From Vicinamibacteria bacterium (GTDB lineage: Bacteria; Acidobacteriota; Vicinamibacteria; Fen-336), in contig DATMML010000051.1 in the NCBI GenBank assembly GCA_035570235.1, positions 892 through 64,891 on the forward strand: 64,000 bases of DNA, in the 5' to 3' direction. Both the position numbers and the translations under genes were made by a program. The stretch's first letter is position 1. Each line of letters begins with the position of its first letter. Positions 1 through 8,867 of the stretch are shown in pieces. The notes beneath the pieces are model-generated. The model was not told the origin of the DNA. It did not search any database and saw only the letters and a program-made list of their open reading frames with translations.

Positions 1-376
1 GGAAGAGCGCGACCATCGCCAGGACCACCCCGGGTAGGAAGCTCAGCACCGGGATGGACTGCAGCACGTCGAGGGCCGGGATCATGAACCGCTCGAGGCG
101 GGGTCGGGTGGCGGCCAAGTAGCCGTAGACGAGGGCGAAGCCCAGGCTCAGCACATAGGCGAGGGCCATTCGCAGGAGGGAATAGCCGGCGTAGAGGGGG
201 AGCCTCCGGGGGTCAAGGGAGATCTCGGGCCCGGGCACAAAGGGGGCGAGCCAGCGCTGGGCGAGGGCGATGACTCCGTAGAAAAGAGCGAGGCCGCAGG
301 CAAAGACCAGGGGGTCGGCGAACCAAGCCCGCGAATCCGCCGGTCCGCGGGTCCCCCAGGGGATTAGGCGACGCAC
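1..376 (-). CDS. ABC transporter permease (NitT/TauT-type), N-terminal part only; gene runs off the left edge
   Basis: Minus-strand frame from GTG at 376 reads VRRLIPWG...LYAGYSLLRMALAYVLSLGFALVYGYLAATRPRLERFMIPALDVLQSIPVLSFLPGVVLAMVALF. It has hydrophobic TM segments and a permease-type DVLQSIP loop, and lies 10 nt downstream of the ATPase gene on the same strand. Confidence 0.7.
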   Translation of the reverse strand, partial: MRRLIPWGTRGPADSRAWFADPLVFACGLALFYGVIALAQRWLAPFVPGPEISLDPRRLPLYAGYSLLRMALAYVLSLGFALVYGYLAATRPRLERFMIPALDVLQSIPVLSFLPGVVLAMVALF

Positions 377-386
377 CGGCCCCTGC

Positions 387-1685
387 TCAAGCCTCGGTCA
401 GAAAAAGCCGTCCCCGGTCCGCGTCGTAGTCCAGGAACCCGGCGTAGCGGCCCCAGTGGATGGCGGTGTCGAGCTGGCGCCGGGCCTCCTCCTCCGAGAA
501 GTGCTCATCGAGGAGGTCGTGGAAGAACTCCTCGGGGAGAGTGCGGTCCGCCTTGGCCCGGAGCGCGCGATCGATCTGCCGCAGCAGGGGGACGCGCTGG
601 AGAGCGGCCTCCCGGAACAGGGCCTTTCGGGTGTCCTTCTCCGCCTCCGCAAAAGCCCGTCCCTCGGGGGTGATCTCGACGTCGCCCTCGCTCACCCGCA
701 CGAAGCCGAGCAGGGCCGCCGCATCCAGGATGGGCAGGAGGTCGTCTGCCTCCATCACCAGGTCTTCGGCAATGCGGTAGACGTCGTCCCGCCCGCCGCG
801 GTCGGAGAGGATCTCGAGCAGTCCCGAGACCCCGCCCGGCCGAGCGTGGGGGATCATCGGGTAGCGCTCGCGGGCGGGGCCGGCGGCGGGAGTGGGTTGC
901 GCGCGGACCGTCTCCGGTTGGGTCAGGATCCGATAGGTATGGTCCACGAGCTCCAGGAACCGAGGGGCCTTGCGGTCACGGGGCCGGGGTAGGTCCACCA
1001 CGATGCTAGCCCGGATGCGCCCGGGGTTGCTTCCGAAGAGGACCACCCTATCCGCGAGCAGCACCGTCTCCTCGATGTTGTGGGTCACCATGAAAATGGC
1101 ACGGGTGGGGATCTTCTTGTCGAGCCAGAGATCCATCAGCTCGTCGCGCAGGGTCTCCGCGGTCAGCACGTCGAGGTTGGAAAAGGGCTCGTCCATGAAG
1201 AGCACCTCGGGCTGCACGACCAGGGCCCGCGCAAAACCAACCCGCTGCTTCATGCCTCCCGACAGTTCCTTCGGGTAGGCGCCCTCGAAACCGTCCAGCC
1301 CGACCGTGTTCAGGATGCGCAGGGCGCGCTTGTGCCTCTCGATTGGGCGCAGGCCGAGGGCCATCAGCGGCGCCTCCACGTTCTCGATCACGGTCAACCA
1401 GGGGAAGAGCGCGAAGCTTTGGAAGACCACGGCCACGTTGGGAACTTGGGTGCGCAGGGCGGCGCCGTGCCAGAGGACCTCGCCCGCGGAGGGAGCGGCG
1501 AGGCCGGCCAGGATGCGCAAGAGCGTGGACTTGCCGGAGCCGGAGGGCCCGAGGACGGCCACGATCTTGTCCGCCTCCACCGCGAGGTCGGTGGGCGCGA
1601 TGACCTGGATGCGGTGCCCGTCGGGGCCGGCGAAGAACTTCTCGACCGCGCGAGCCTCGATAATGGGTCCGTTCGGAGCCTGCAT
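387..1685 (-). CDS. ABC transporter ATP-binding protein (nitrate/sulfonate/bicarbonate family) with a C-terminal accessory domain
   Basis: Walker A GPSGSGKST, signature LSGGMKQRVGFARAL, Walker B LFMDEPFSNLD, VFQSFALFPWLTV typical of the NitT/TauT group. An extra ~170 aa C-terminal domain is present. Confidence 0.9.
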   Translation of the reverse strand: MQAPNGPIIEARAVEKFFAGPDGHRIQVIAPTDLAVEADKIVAVLGPSGSGKSTLLRILAGLAAPSAGEVLWHGAALRTQVPNVAVVFQSFALFPWLTVIENVEAPLMALGLRPIERHKRALRILNTVGLDGFEGAYPKELSGGMKQRVGFARALVVQPEVLFMDEPFSNLDVLTAETLRDELMDLWLDKKIPTRAIFMVTHNIEETVLLADRVVLFGSNPGRIRASIVVDLPRPRDRKAPRFLELVDHTYRILTQPETVRAQPTPAAGPARERYPMIPHARPGGVSGLLEILSDRGGRDDVYRIAEDLVMEADDLLPILDAAALLGFVRVSEGDVEITPEGRAFAEAEKDTRKALFREAALQRVPLLRQIDRALRAKADRTLPEEFFHDLLDEHFSEEEARRQLDTAIHWGRYAGFLDYDADRGRLFLTEA

Positions 1686-1697
1686 GGGATGGCGCTC

Positions 1698-2123
1698 TCA
1701 GGAGGCGGGCTGGGCGGCCGGAGCTTCCATGGCCGCCTGGAGGCGCTCGCGCAGCCAGGCTGGGATGGCCGTCGGCTTGAAGGTCTTCATGTCCACGATC
1801 ACGGCGGTGTTGCGGGCGCGGAAGACCGGCTTCCCCTGAACCGAGCCTTCATACCGGATCTGCACGGAAGAGGTCCCCACTCGCTCCACCACCACGCCCA
1901 CGTCCACGCGGTCTCCGTAGTGGACGGGGGCGAAGAACTCCATCTCCACCTTGACCGTGGGCAGGCCCAGGCCCCCTTTGAAGACCTCGGGATAGGGGCG
2001 GCCCACGTGGCCGGTGAAGAAGTCCTCGAAGGATTCATGGAGAAAGTTCACGAGGTTGGGGTAGTAGGCGATCCCCGCGCCATCAAGGTCTCCGAAACGG
2101 ACGAGGATCGAGGTTGTGAACAA
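1698..2123 (-). CDS. Hotdog-fold acyl-CoA thioesterase (4HBT/YbgC-like)
   Basis: 141 aa. N-terminus VRFGDLDGAGIAYYPNLVNFLHESFEDFF is typical of the 4HBT thioesterase family. Confidence 0.8.
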   Translation of the reverse strand: MFTTSILVRFGDLDGAGIAYYPNLVNFLHESFEDFFTGHVGRPYPEVFKGGLGLPTVKVEMEFFAPVHYGDRVDVGVVVERVGTSSVQIRYEGSVQGKPVFRARNTAVIVDMKTFKPTAIPAWLRERLQAAMEAPAAQPAS

Positions 2124-2132
2124 GGTCAGGCG

Positions 2133-2885
2133 CTAGGCCTTGCTTCCCAGGTGCTCCATTACGGAGAGGGCGAGGATCTCCGAGAGGGCCTCGAATAGGT
2201 TCTCCCCTTCCTCCGCCGAGGCCGCGGTGGGGTCGCCGAAGTACGCATCCTCGCCCCCCGCCTCCGCGAAGGTCTTGGCGCCTTTCTTGAGCGCGGGCAT
2301 GAGCCCGTCCATAGGCGGAAGGCTGATGCGGGTCTTCTCCCGGACCATGTCGGGGGCAGCCGCCATCATGAGCGAGGTCTCAAAGGCCCCCGCGTGGTCC
2401 CCGGCCAGGAAGGCTTCGCCTAGCTGCTCCGCCCAGCGCTTCTTGGTGAGGTCCGTGAAGCAGACACTGGCTCCCACCTTCCGCGCCTCCTCTACACCTT
2501 TCCTGACGGACTCCAGGTGCCCCGGCTCAAGGTGGATGTTGCAGAGAGCGACCGCTCGGAATCGCTTGGCCGTGCCCACGCAGAGGTCCCTCAGCAGGGC
2601 CGCCGCGGTGTCTGGAGACACGGTGATGGTCCCAGGGAATTCGGCCCCGTAGTCGGCTACCGTAAAAGCGACCGGGGGCAGGATGAGGGAGGGGATGCCG
2701 CGCTCCTTCAGCTTGGCTGCCCCCCGGCGTGCCATCTCGGTGGCGATCACGGTGTCGGTGGAGACGGGGAGGTGGGGGCCATGGGCCTCGGTGGCGCCCA
2801 CGGGTAGGAGGGCGACCGGGCGGTCCTTCATCGCCTGCTCCACCTCGGTCCAGGTCATCTCGGAGATCACGATGTTCTCAGGCAT
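2133..2885 (-). CDS. Creatininase-family amidohydrolase
   Basis: LLPVGATEAHGPHLPVSTD and NIHLEPGH metal-ligand motifs of the creatinine amidohydrolase family. Confidence 0.85.
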   Translation of the reverse strand: MPENIVISEMTWTEVEQAMKDRPVALLPVGATEAHGPHLPVSTDTVIATEMARRGAAKLKERGIPSLILPPVAFTVADYGAEFPGTITVSPDTAAALLRDLCVGTAKRFRAVALCNIHLEPGHLESVRKGVEEARKVGASVCFTDLTKKRWAEQLGEAFLAGDHAGAFETSLMMAAAPDMVREKTRISLPPMDGLMPALKKGAKTFAEAGGEDAYFGDPTAASAEEGENLFEALSEILALSVMEHLGSKA

Positions 2886-3004
2886 GGTCCTCGAAGGATG
2901 GGTCTTCCTTCGCTCCTTTCCAGGCTTTTCAGGGGTTCTAAGGCGGTGATTCCAATTAGCGCCCCTTTATACTCGATCGCAGCGGCCTCCGCCAGCCGCC
3001 GCCC

Positions 3005-3487
3005 TCAACGTTCCGGGTCCAGGCGGCGGTATGAACTGCCATGGTAGAGCAGGGGACGGCCGGGCGACACTGCCAGCCGGAGGACCTCCCCCAAGTAGAT
3101 GGTGTGATCGCCGCCCACATGGGCCGAGGCCACGCGGCACTCGATGTGGACGAGGGCGCCCGGGAGGAGGGGCACGCCGCTCTCTCCCGCGAGCAGGGAG
3201 AGCCCGCTGAATTTCTCGTCCCCGCCCCCCGCGAAGCGGCGCGACATCGGCTCCTGGTCCTCGGCCAGAACGCTGACCCCGAACAGGCCGGAGGTGAGCA
3301 GTCCCGGGTTCACCTCGGAGCGCCGGTCCACGCATACGAGGACGAGCGGGGGCTCGAGGCTCACCGAACAGAAGGCGCTCACCGTGAGCCCCTGGGGCCG
3401 GCCGGCGGCGTCGCGGGTGGTCACCACCGTGACGCCGCTCGCGAACTGGCCGAGGGCCCTTCGGAACGACTGGGAGTCGAGAGGCAT
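3005..3487 (-). CDS. Flavin reductase (HpaC/NADH:FMN oxidoreductase-like)
   Basis: FRRALGQFASGVTVVTT...GLTVSAFCSVSLEPPLVLVCV...GDHTIYLGEV, the classic flavin_reduct domain. Confidence 0.85.
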   Translation of the reverse strand: MPLDSQSFRRALGQFASGVTVVTTRDAAGRPQGLTVSAFCSVSLEPPLVLVCVDRRSEVNPGLLTSGLFGVSVLAEDQEPMSRRFAGGGDEKFSGLSLLAGESGVPLLPGALVHIECRVASAHVGGDHTIYLGEVLRLAVSPGRPLLYHGSSYRRLDPER

Positions 3488-3552
3488 GGGGCAGTCTGGG
3501 GTCGAACCACGACCTTGTGGATTTTAGACCAGTTCGATCGGGAGGATCCCCG

Positions 3553-4557
3553 TCAAGAGCCGCTCGAGAAGCGGCGATAGAGCGCCACCTGGGAGGCCAG
3601 GAGGGAGAGGCGGAGGCCAATCCGGAACAGCACGAAGACCTGGCCCAGGGCCAAGGTGACGAGCTGTGTCCGGTAGCCCACCGTCTCCCACCGGCTGTCC
3701 ACCGCATTCCAAACCAAGATCAGAAGCCCGCCCAGGACGCCCACCGTCACGTACTGGCCGGCCGCGCGCCCCAAGTTGCGCAGGCAAAAGGAGATGGAGG
3801 ACAGGAAGGCCAGAAGGGCGCTCGAACGCTCCTCCACCACCATCGCCACCTTCGCGTACGAGGAGACCATATGCACGAAGAGCAGGGCCAGCAGCAGCAA
3901 ACCGTACCGTCCCAGCGACCAGGCGAGGGCGGCCCGTTCCGACACCGTCTCCCGCGCTTGACCGTCGACCCAGCGTGCGAGGGGCCCGTTCAGGCCGAAG
4001 ACGAGGCCGGCAGCAAGGAGGGCGAGAAGAGCAAGCCGGAGGAAGCGGCCAAAATAGAAACCGGAGCCGTGAAGAAGGCCGCGGATCGTCCAGCCTCCTT
4101 GGGGAGCGCGGAAAACGCCGAGCAGACCGCCCGTCAGGAAGGTTTGAAGGAGGAGGTAGACGACGCCCAAGCCGAGGATGACGGGATCGACGGCGCGGGG
4201 GTTGGCCGGGTCCGGCTCATCGCCGTTCTCCTCCCGTCGGGCCGAGAAGAGGCGGGCGGGCAGGTCTCCCTGGAGAAGAAGCTCCAGGTTCCGAAAAGCG
4301 AACCCCGCTCCAAAAATCTCGGGCCCGAAGCTCCCCGTCCAGCCCTTCTGCTCGTCCCACCAGTGGCTCCACCAGGCGTAGTCGAATCCGTACATCATGT
4401 TCGCGCCGGCGTCGGTTTGGTGGAGATCCCGCTCCAAGACCCCGGCCAAGGGGACGGCCAGCACAGCCGCGAGGCCGAGGTTGATGACGAGGAGCAAGAC
4501 GGCGAGGCCACTGTTCCGCCGCACGGCCCGGAAACCCTCCCGCAGGGCGTCGATCAT
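3553..4557 (-). CDS. Hypothetical polytopic membrane protein
   Basis: Multiple hydrophobic helices. I placed the start at ATG 4557 (MIDALREGF...), 5 nt downstream of the stop of the upstream peptidase gene, rather than at 4668, which would overlap that gene. Confidence 0.6.
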   Translation of the reverse strand: MIDALREGFRAVRRNSGLAVLLLVINLGLAAVLAVPLAGVLERDLHQTDAGANMMYGFDYAWWSHWWDEQKGWTGSFGPEIFGAGFAFRNLELLLQGDLPARLFSARREENGDEPDPANPRAVDPVILGLGVVYLLLQTFLTGGLLGVFRAPQGGWTIRGLLHGSGFYFGRFLRLALLALLAAGLVFGLNGPLARWVDGQARETVSERAALAWSLGRYGLLLLALLFVHMVSSYAKVAMVVEERSSALLAFLSSISFCLRNLGRAAGQYVTVGVLGGLLILVWNAVDSRWETVGYRTQLVTLALGQVFVLFRIGLRLSLLASQVALYRRFSSGS

Positions 4558-4562
4558 GGCGC

Positions 4563-6656
4563 TCACCCGAGGATGGAGTGCAGCTCCAGCAGGTTCTGGA
4601 GCCAGAACATCCAGCGTGCCGACCACTTGAGGGCCGCGCGGCGGGCGGTGCCCTCCTCCTCCACCCACGTGTTATTGGCGGGGTTAACGTCGATGACGAG
4701 CTTGCCCTGGGGATCGACGACCGCCCGCACCACCTTGGCCGGCCCGTGGTAGGAGAAGCGCTTCCATCGATATTGGCCGTCCCAGGTCTCGTTCACCCTC
4801 CGCCCGTCCGCGAACTCCACGAGCACCTCCACCGGCAGCTTGACCCCGCCCAGGCGACGGACCGTGACCTCGGAGTCGTAGGGGCCCTGGCCCTTCTTCT
4901 TCCCGCCCCCGGGGACGAGGACGGGAACACCCTCCGGACCATCCTTGAATCCCTCGAGGACTCGCTGCGGCTTGTTCTCCACGGAAATGGCGTAGTCGCA
5001 AAGGTCACTCGAGAACCAGGTTTGGTCGAAGAACCAGCGGTAGTCCTGGCCGGTGACTTCGTTGACGGTGGATATGAAGTCCTCGGTCGTGGGGTGCCCG
5101 AAAGTGAATCTCCGGGCGTACGTGCGAAGGACGCGGGTCATGGTCTCGTCGCCGAGGAGGGCCTCCAGGGTCTGCAGGGTGAGCGCAGGCTTGCCGTAGG
5201 AGTTGACGCGGTAGGAGTCCGCGCTTCGGTACTCCCAAGCCCGCCGGACCATCAGGTCGCTCCGCCCCGTCCGACGCAGGCCGGAGAGATCCTCCTGCCC
5301 CCGCCCGATCCAAACCCCCGGGGCCACCACCGGCCAGCCGCTGCGGGCGCCGCGTCCGGCCTGGGGACCGAAGTAGCGATGCCCCCACCCCCGAGGGCCG
5401 AGGGCGAAGAACGCGCCCTCGGTGGTGTGATATGTGTTGAAGCCCTCGTCGAGCCAGGCCTCTTCGAATTCGTTGTTGCCCACCAGGGCGTACCAGAACT
5501 GGTGACCTGCCTCGTGGATCGTCACCCCCTCCGGGCTCTGGAGGGCGGGGGGGGCCCAGACGTAAGCGCCCCCCGTGAAGAGGGTGGGGTACTCCATTCC
5601 CCCCGAGGCGGATCCCCAGGCCGGGTCCACCACCGTGAGCTGCGGGTAAGGGTAGGGGACGGACCAGGCCCCGTGGCTGCGCAAGGCGATCTTCGTGGCC
5701 TCGAGGTAGCGCTCGGCCAGGTGGGCGTGCTCGGGCTGGACGAGAAGCCGGATGTCCACCGGGGGGTAACCGGGGTCCGCGAACCGGCTCGTGCGCTCCA
5801 GAAAACGCTGGCTGGCGGTCCACGCGAAGTCGTGCACGTCCTCCTGCACGTAGCGCAGGGTCTCGGTCCCATCCGGGTTCTCCGTGCGGTCCTTACGCAG
5901 GCCGGTGGCGCCGACCACGTAGCCCCGGGGCAAGGTCAAACGGACGTCGTAGACACCGTAGTCGGCGAAGAACTCGGTGGTGGCGTGAAACTGGTGACAG
6001 TTCCAGCCTCCTTTCCAGTAGACGCCGATCTTGGGAAACCACTGGACGATGAAGTGATAGTCGTGGACCCAGCCCGCGCGGCCCACGTTGCCGTAGGGGA
6101 TACGCGCTGTCCACTCGACCTCGAAGCGGGCGGTGGCCCCGGGCGCGAGGGGGGTCTTCGCGGAGACCTCCATCACCGTCCGGTCCTCGGGGTTCCCGTC
6201 GTCGGGCTGGATGTAGTGGAGACTCGCTGTGAGGTCCTCGGCGTGCTCGCCAAGGAGGCGGATGGAGCGGACCTGGATGTAGCCGAAGCGGCGGTCGCCC
6301 TCCGATTCCGGACCCGGGCGGGCCGCCCGGCGTCCTTGGCCGCGGGCGGAGGTGGAGAGGTTGTTGCGGAAGGCGTTCCAGTAGAGGTGGAACGGGAAGG
6401 TGGCGAGAGTGGAGTCGCTGGTGTTCCGCCACTCGAGCACCAGATGACCCTCGATCGTGTGCGCCCTAGGCAGGAGGCGGGCCTCGATCGTGTAGTTGGC
6501 ATTCCGTGCGGAGTGCACGGGCAGGGGCGGCAGGGGATACGACGCCTCCAGCGGAGGCAGCTTGAATAAGGGGCCTTGGTCACCCCGGGTGGGCTCCCAA
6601 GAGAATGGCAGAAGGCTCAGGCCGCCAAGGGTCAGGACGATGGCTCGAAGCCGCAT
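4563..6656 (-). CDS. Secreted M1-family zinc metallopeptidase (aminopeptidase N-like)
   Basis: Signal peptide MRLRAIVLTLGGLSLLPF. Zinc motif HEAGHQFWY...x18...WLDEGFNTY (HExxH-x18-E). Confidence 0.9.
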   Translation of the reverse strand: MRLRAIVLTLGGLSLLPFSWEPTRGDQGPLFKLPPLEASYPLPPLPVHSARNANYTIEARLLPRAHTIEGHLVLEWRNTSDSTLATFPFHLYWNAFRNNLSTSARGQGRRAARPGPESEGDRRFGYIQVRSIRLLGEHAEDLTASLHYIQPDDGNPEDRTVMEVSAKTPLAPGATARFEVEWTARIPYGNVGRAGWVHDYHFIVQWFPKIGVYWKGGWNCHQFHATTEFFADYGVYDVRLTLPRGYVVGATGLRKDRTENPDGTETLRYVQEDVHDFAWTASQRFLERTSRFADPGYPPVDIRLLVQPEHAHLAERYLEATKIALRSHGAWSVPYPYPQLTVVDPAWGSASGGMEYPTLFTGGAYVWAPPALQSPEGVTIHEAGHQFWYALVGNNEFEEAWLDEGFNTYHTTEGAFFALGPRGWGHRYFGPQAGRGARSGWPVVAPGVWIGRGQEDLSGLRRTGRSDLMVRRAWEYRSADSYRVNSYGKPALTLQTLEALLGDETMTRVLRTYARRFTFGHPTTEDFISTVNEVTGQDYRWFFDQTWFSSDLCDYAISVENKPQRVLEGFKDGPEGVPVLVPGGGKKKGQGPYDSEVTVRRLGGVKLPVEVLVEFADGRRVNETWDGQYRWKRFSYHGPAKVVRAVVDPQGKLVIDVNPANNTWVEEEGTARRAALKWSARWMFWLQNLLELHSILG

Positions 6657-6781
6657 CAGATCCCCTCCGCGTGGGGTCGGGACCGCGTGGAAACGACAGG
6701 TTCCGGATTCTACATCGGGCGGGGGGGGCGTCTACCGCTGCCCGATCCGTGGCCCCCGCCAGGAGGGGTCGTCGGGCTCGG

Positions 6782-7390
6782 CTAGCTCGGGGTGGCCGTC
6801 CTGGTTTCATCCCCGGCGGGGGGTGCGGGAGGCGCAGGGACCGGCTGATCCCCCGGCCGGAAGCCGGGGAAGGGGCCGCGGATGCTTTCCTTGGGACCGG
6901 GAATCCGCCAGCGGGGCAAGTACTTACTCCAGGGATGCCCGACCGTTTTCTCCCGGAAATACCGTTCGTGTTCCCATTCCACTTCGGCCATGGTCAGCAG
7001 GCAGTCGATGAGTTCGGGATGACCGCAGTCGCGAGCGTAGAGGGCGGCGTCTTCGTACTCCTTTACGTTGCTGCTCTCCAGCCGCCCGGCTCCGTACATG
7101 GGCAGGAGCCAGCCCACGAGGTGACACGCGGTGCCCAGGGTCCGCCCGATGATGAAAAAGACCAGCTCGCGGACCGCGCGCGGGCCTGCCTCGAGACCAC
7201 GGAGCATGTCCCCTACCAGCTGCCGGTGGTGCCACTCTTCCTCCTCGATCTCCCGGATGCGCGTCCGCTCCGCGACGTCCCGGAGCGAATGCCAGTGCCC
7301 ACGGTAGGCGTATCCGGCGGCCAGCTCGCCGGAGTAGGCGAGCTGGAGCTGGGCGACCAGGCGCTCTCGGGCCGTCCCCGCCGCCATCAA
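6782..7390 (-). CDS. Ferritin-like di-iron carboxylate protein
   Basis: Two ExxH motifs (EIEEEEWHH and AEVEWEHERYF) on predicted helices. The start overlaps the upstream OMP stop by 4 nt. Confidence 0.7.
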   Translation of the reverse strand: MMAAGTARERLVAQLQLAYSGELAAGYAYRGHWHSLRDVAERTRIREIEEEEWHHRQLVGDMLRGLEAGPRAVRELVFFIIGRTLGTACHLVGWLLPMYGAGRLESSNVKEYEDAALYARDCGHPELIDCLLTMAEVEWEHERYFREKTVGHPWSKYLPRWRIPGPKESIRGPFPGFRPGDQPVPAPPAPPAGDETRTATPS

Positions 7391-8214
7391 AAACCCACGG
7401 CTATGCCCGCCGTGACCTGGAAGAACTTGGGAGCAAAGACCACCGGGGGCAGGCGGCGCTCAACTTCGTGCAGCAGAGCCTCCTCGAACCCAGAGAGGGG
7501 GCGCGGGTCGGCCCGGCCCCAGTTGAGGCGTTCCTCGCCGAATTGGAAATAGCGGCCCTCCGCAAGGAGGGCGACGTGGGGCGCCAGCTTGACTTGCCCG
7601 CCCCCTCCCACATTCCAGCCCCAGTGACCCTCGTCCACATTCTGGGCCCGAAAAGCGAGGGTCGCGACGTCGATTTGAAAACTCCGGCCCAGGCCGGTGA
7701 CACCCAGCCCCACGGTCTGCGTGACCCCGAAGCCGAAGGCCGGGAGGTAGCTGGCTCCCCCGGACAGGGTGAGTCGAACCGAGCCGGGCGTCCGGATCTT
7801 CACGTTCAGCGAGAGGGGGCGGAGCCGGTCCAAGTTCACGGTCCCTGTGCCCAGGTCCAGATCGCTGGAAAGAGGGGGGAGGGGGGCGGGAAGGGCCACG
7901 CTCACCTGGTAACGCGCGCCCGTCGTGCGCACGTCCGCGCCCGCGGTGTCGATTCGAGCTTCCAACCCTACCGGGCCTAGGAAGTACCAGGCGAGTCCGC
8001 CGCCGAAAGCGAGCCCGCCTTTGGCCTCGAGCGAGAAGACGCCCTGCTGCTGAATGGTGACGCCACGAAAGGGAGGGACCAGAGTGCCCGGGTCATAGCG
8101 GAAGGTCTGATCGTAGAAGGGCACGGCCGGCCCGACATAACCGGCGAGTTCGATGTCCCCGGCGAAGGCCGCAACGGGCAACAGACAGGCCACCAGGCTC
8201 AGGCCGAGTCTCAT
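7387..8214 (-). CDS. Outer-membrane beta-barrel protein
   Basis: Signal peptide MRLGLSLVACLLPVAAFAG, alternating beta-strand pattern, C-terminal ...TAGIAVGF ending in Phe (OMP beta-signal). Confidence 0.65.
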   Translation of the reverse strand: MRLGLSLVACLLPVAAFAGDIELAGYVGPAVPFYDQTFRYDPGTLVPPFRGVTIQQQGVFSLEAKGGLAFGGGLAWYFLGPVGLEARIDTAGADVRTTGARYQVSVALPAPLPPLSSDLDLGTGTVNLDRLRPLSLNVKIRTPGSVRLTLSGGASYLPAFGFGVTQTVGLGVTGLGRSFQIDVATLAFRAQNVDEGHWGWNVGGGGQVKLAPHVALLAEGRYFQFGEERLNWGRADPRPLSGFEEALLHEVERRLPPVVFAPKFFQVTAGIAVGF

Positions 8215-8499
8215 GCCCCCCCAAGTCTACACGGAGGCGGAGCAGGCGTGCACGGGAGGGCGGTCGGCCCCCTCCCTTTGGTGCCTCGTCAGTCGATGGT
8301 TCGGAGTCGGCCTCTTCGACGCGCCGTTCACGCTTCCCGCGGCGTCCGCCAAACGTCGGCGGGGGTCTCGACCTTCACGTGCTTTATTTTCGGCCCTCCT
8401 GGCCGTAGCGCCCGTCATGTGGGCGAGTCAGGATGTCACGGTACCACGAACCGACGCCGAGTCCGGTCCAATAGGTCATGGGCAGCCTCTGCTCGGGTC

Positions 8500-8865
8500 G
8501 CAACCGGCTGCCGGGCGTCGCTTTCAGTCAAGCGCTCCGATCAACTCCAGCGCCATCTCGGCAGGCCCTGACCGGCGAGTTGCGGAGGCTCTCGGAGGTC
8601 GCGATCGACCCCTTCCCGGAAGATACCGCTCCCTCTTCGTGTTCCGCGAGGTGGAGGGCCTGAGCATGGCCGAGACCGCGGACTGCTTAAAGGTCAGCCC
8701 GGAAACCGTGAAGACGCGGCTTCTTCGGGCCCGCGGACTCCTCCGAGAAGAGCTCCTCGCGCGCGCGGGATCGTTACCGCGGATGCCTGCTCCTTCCACC
8801 TCTCGCGCTGCGACCGAGTGGTGACGGGGGGATTCGCCCGCCTGCGGCGGCCCGCCATTCACCGA
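8500..8865 (+). pseudogene. Decayed 3' fragment of an ECF (sigma-70 family) sigma factor gene
   Basis: Region-4 sequence YRSLFVFREVEGLSMAETADCLKVSPETVKTRLLRARGLLREEL is intact in one frame. The preceding ELRRLSEVAIDPFPED is in another frame (apparent 1-nt loss inside gaagat-accgc). The C-terminal DACSFHLSRCDRVV is in a third frame. No region-2 sequence is found upstream. Confidence 0.5.
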
Positions 8866-8867
8866 CG

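Noticed and set aside
4578-6569. 663-aa ORF on the plus strand opposite the M1 peptidase. Similar long shadows occur at 1080-2198(+), 15948-17261(-), 17579-18799(-), 27033-28304(-), 27275-28606(-), 49787-51094(+), 51864-53678(-), 53873-56047(+) and 60925-62106(-).
   Set aside because: These are Arg/Gly/Pro/Ala-rich translations with many rare AGG/AGA/CGA codons and no motifs. Each lies antisense or out of frame to a gene with clear family signatures, which is the typical open-frame artefact of high-G+C DNA.
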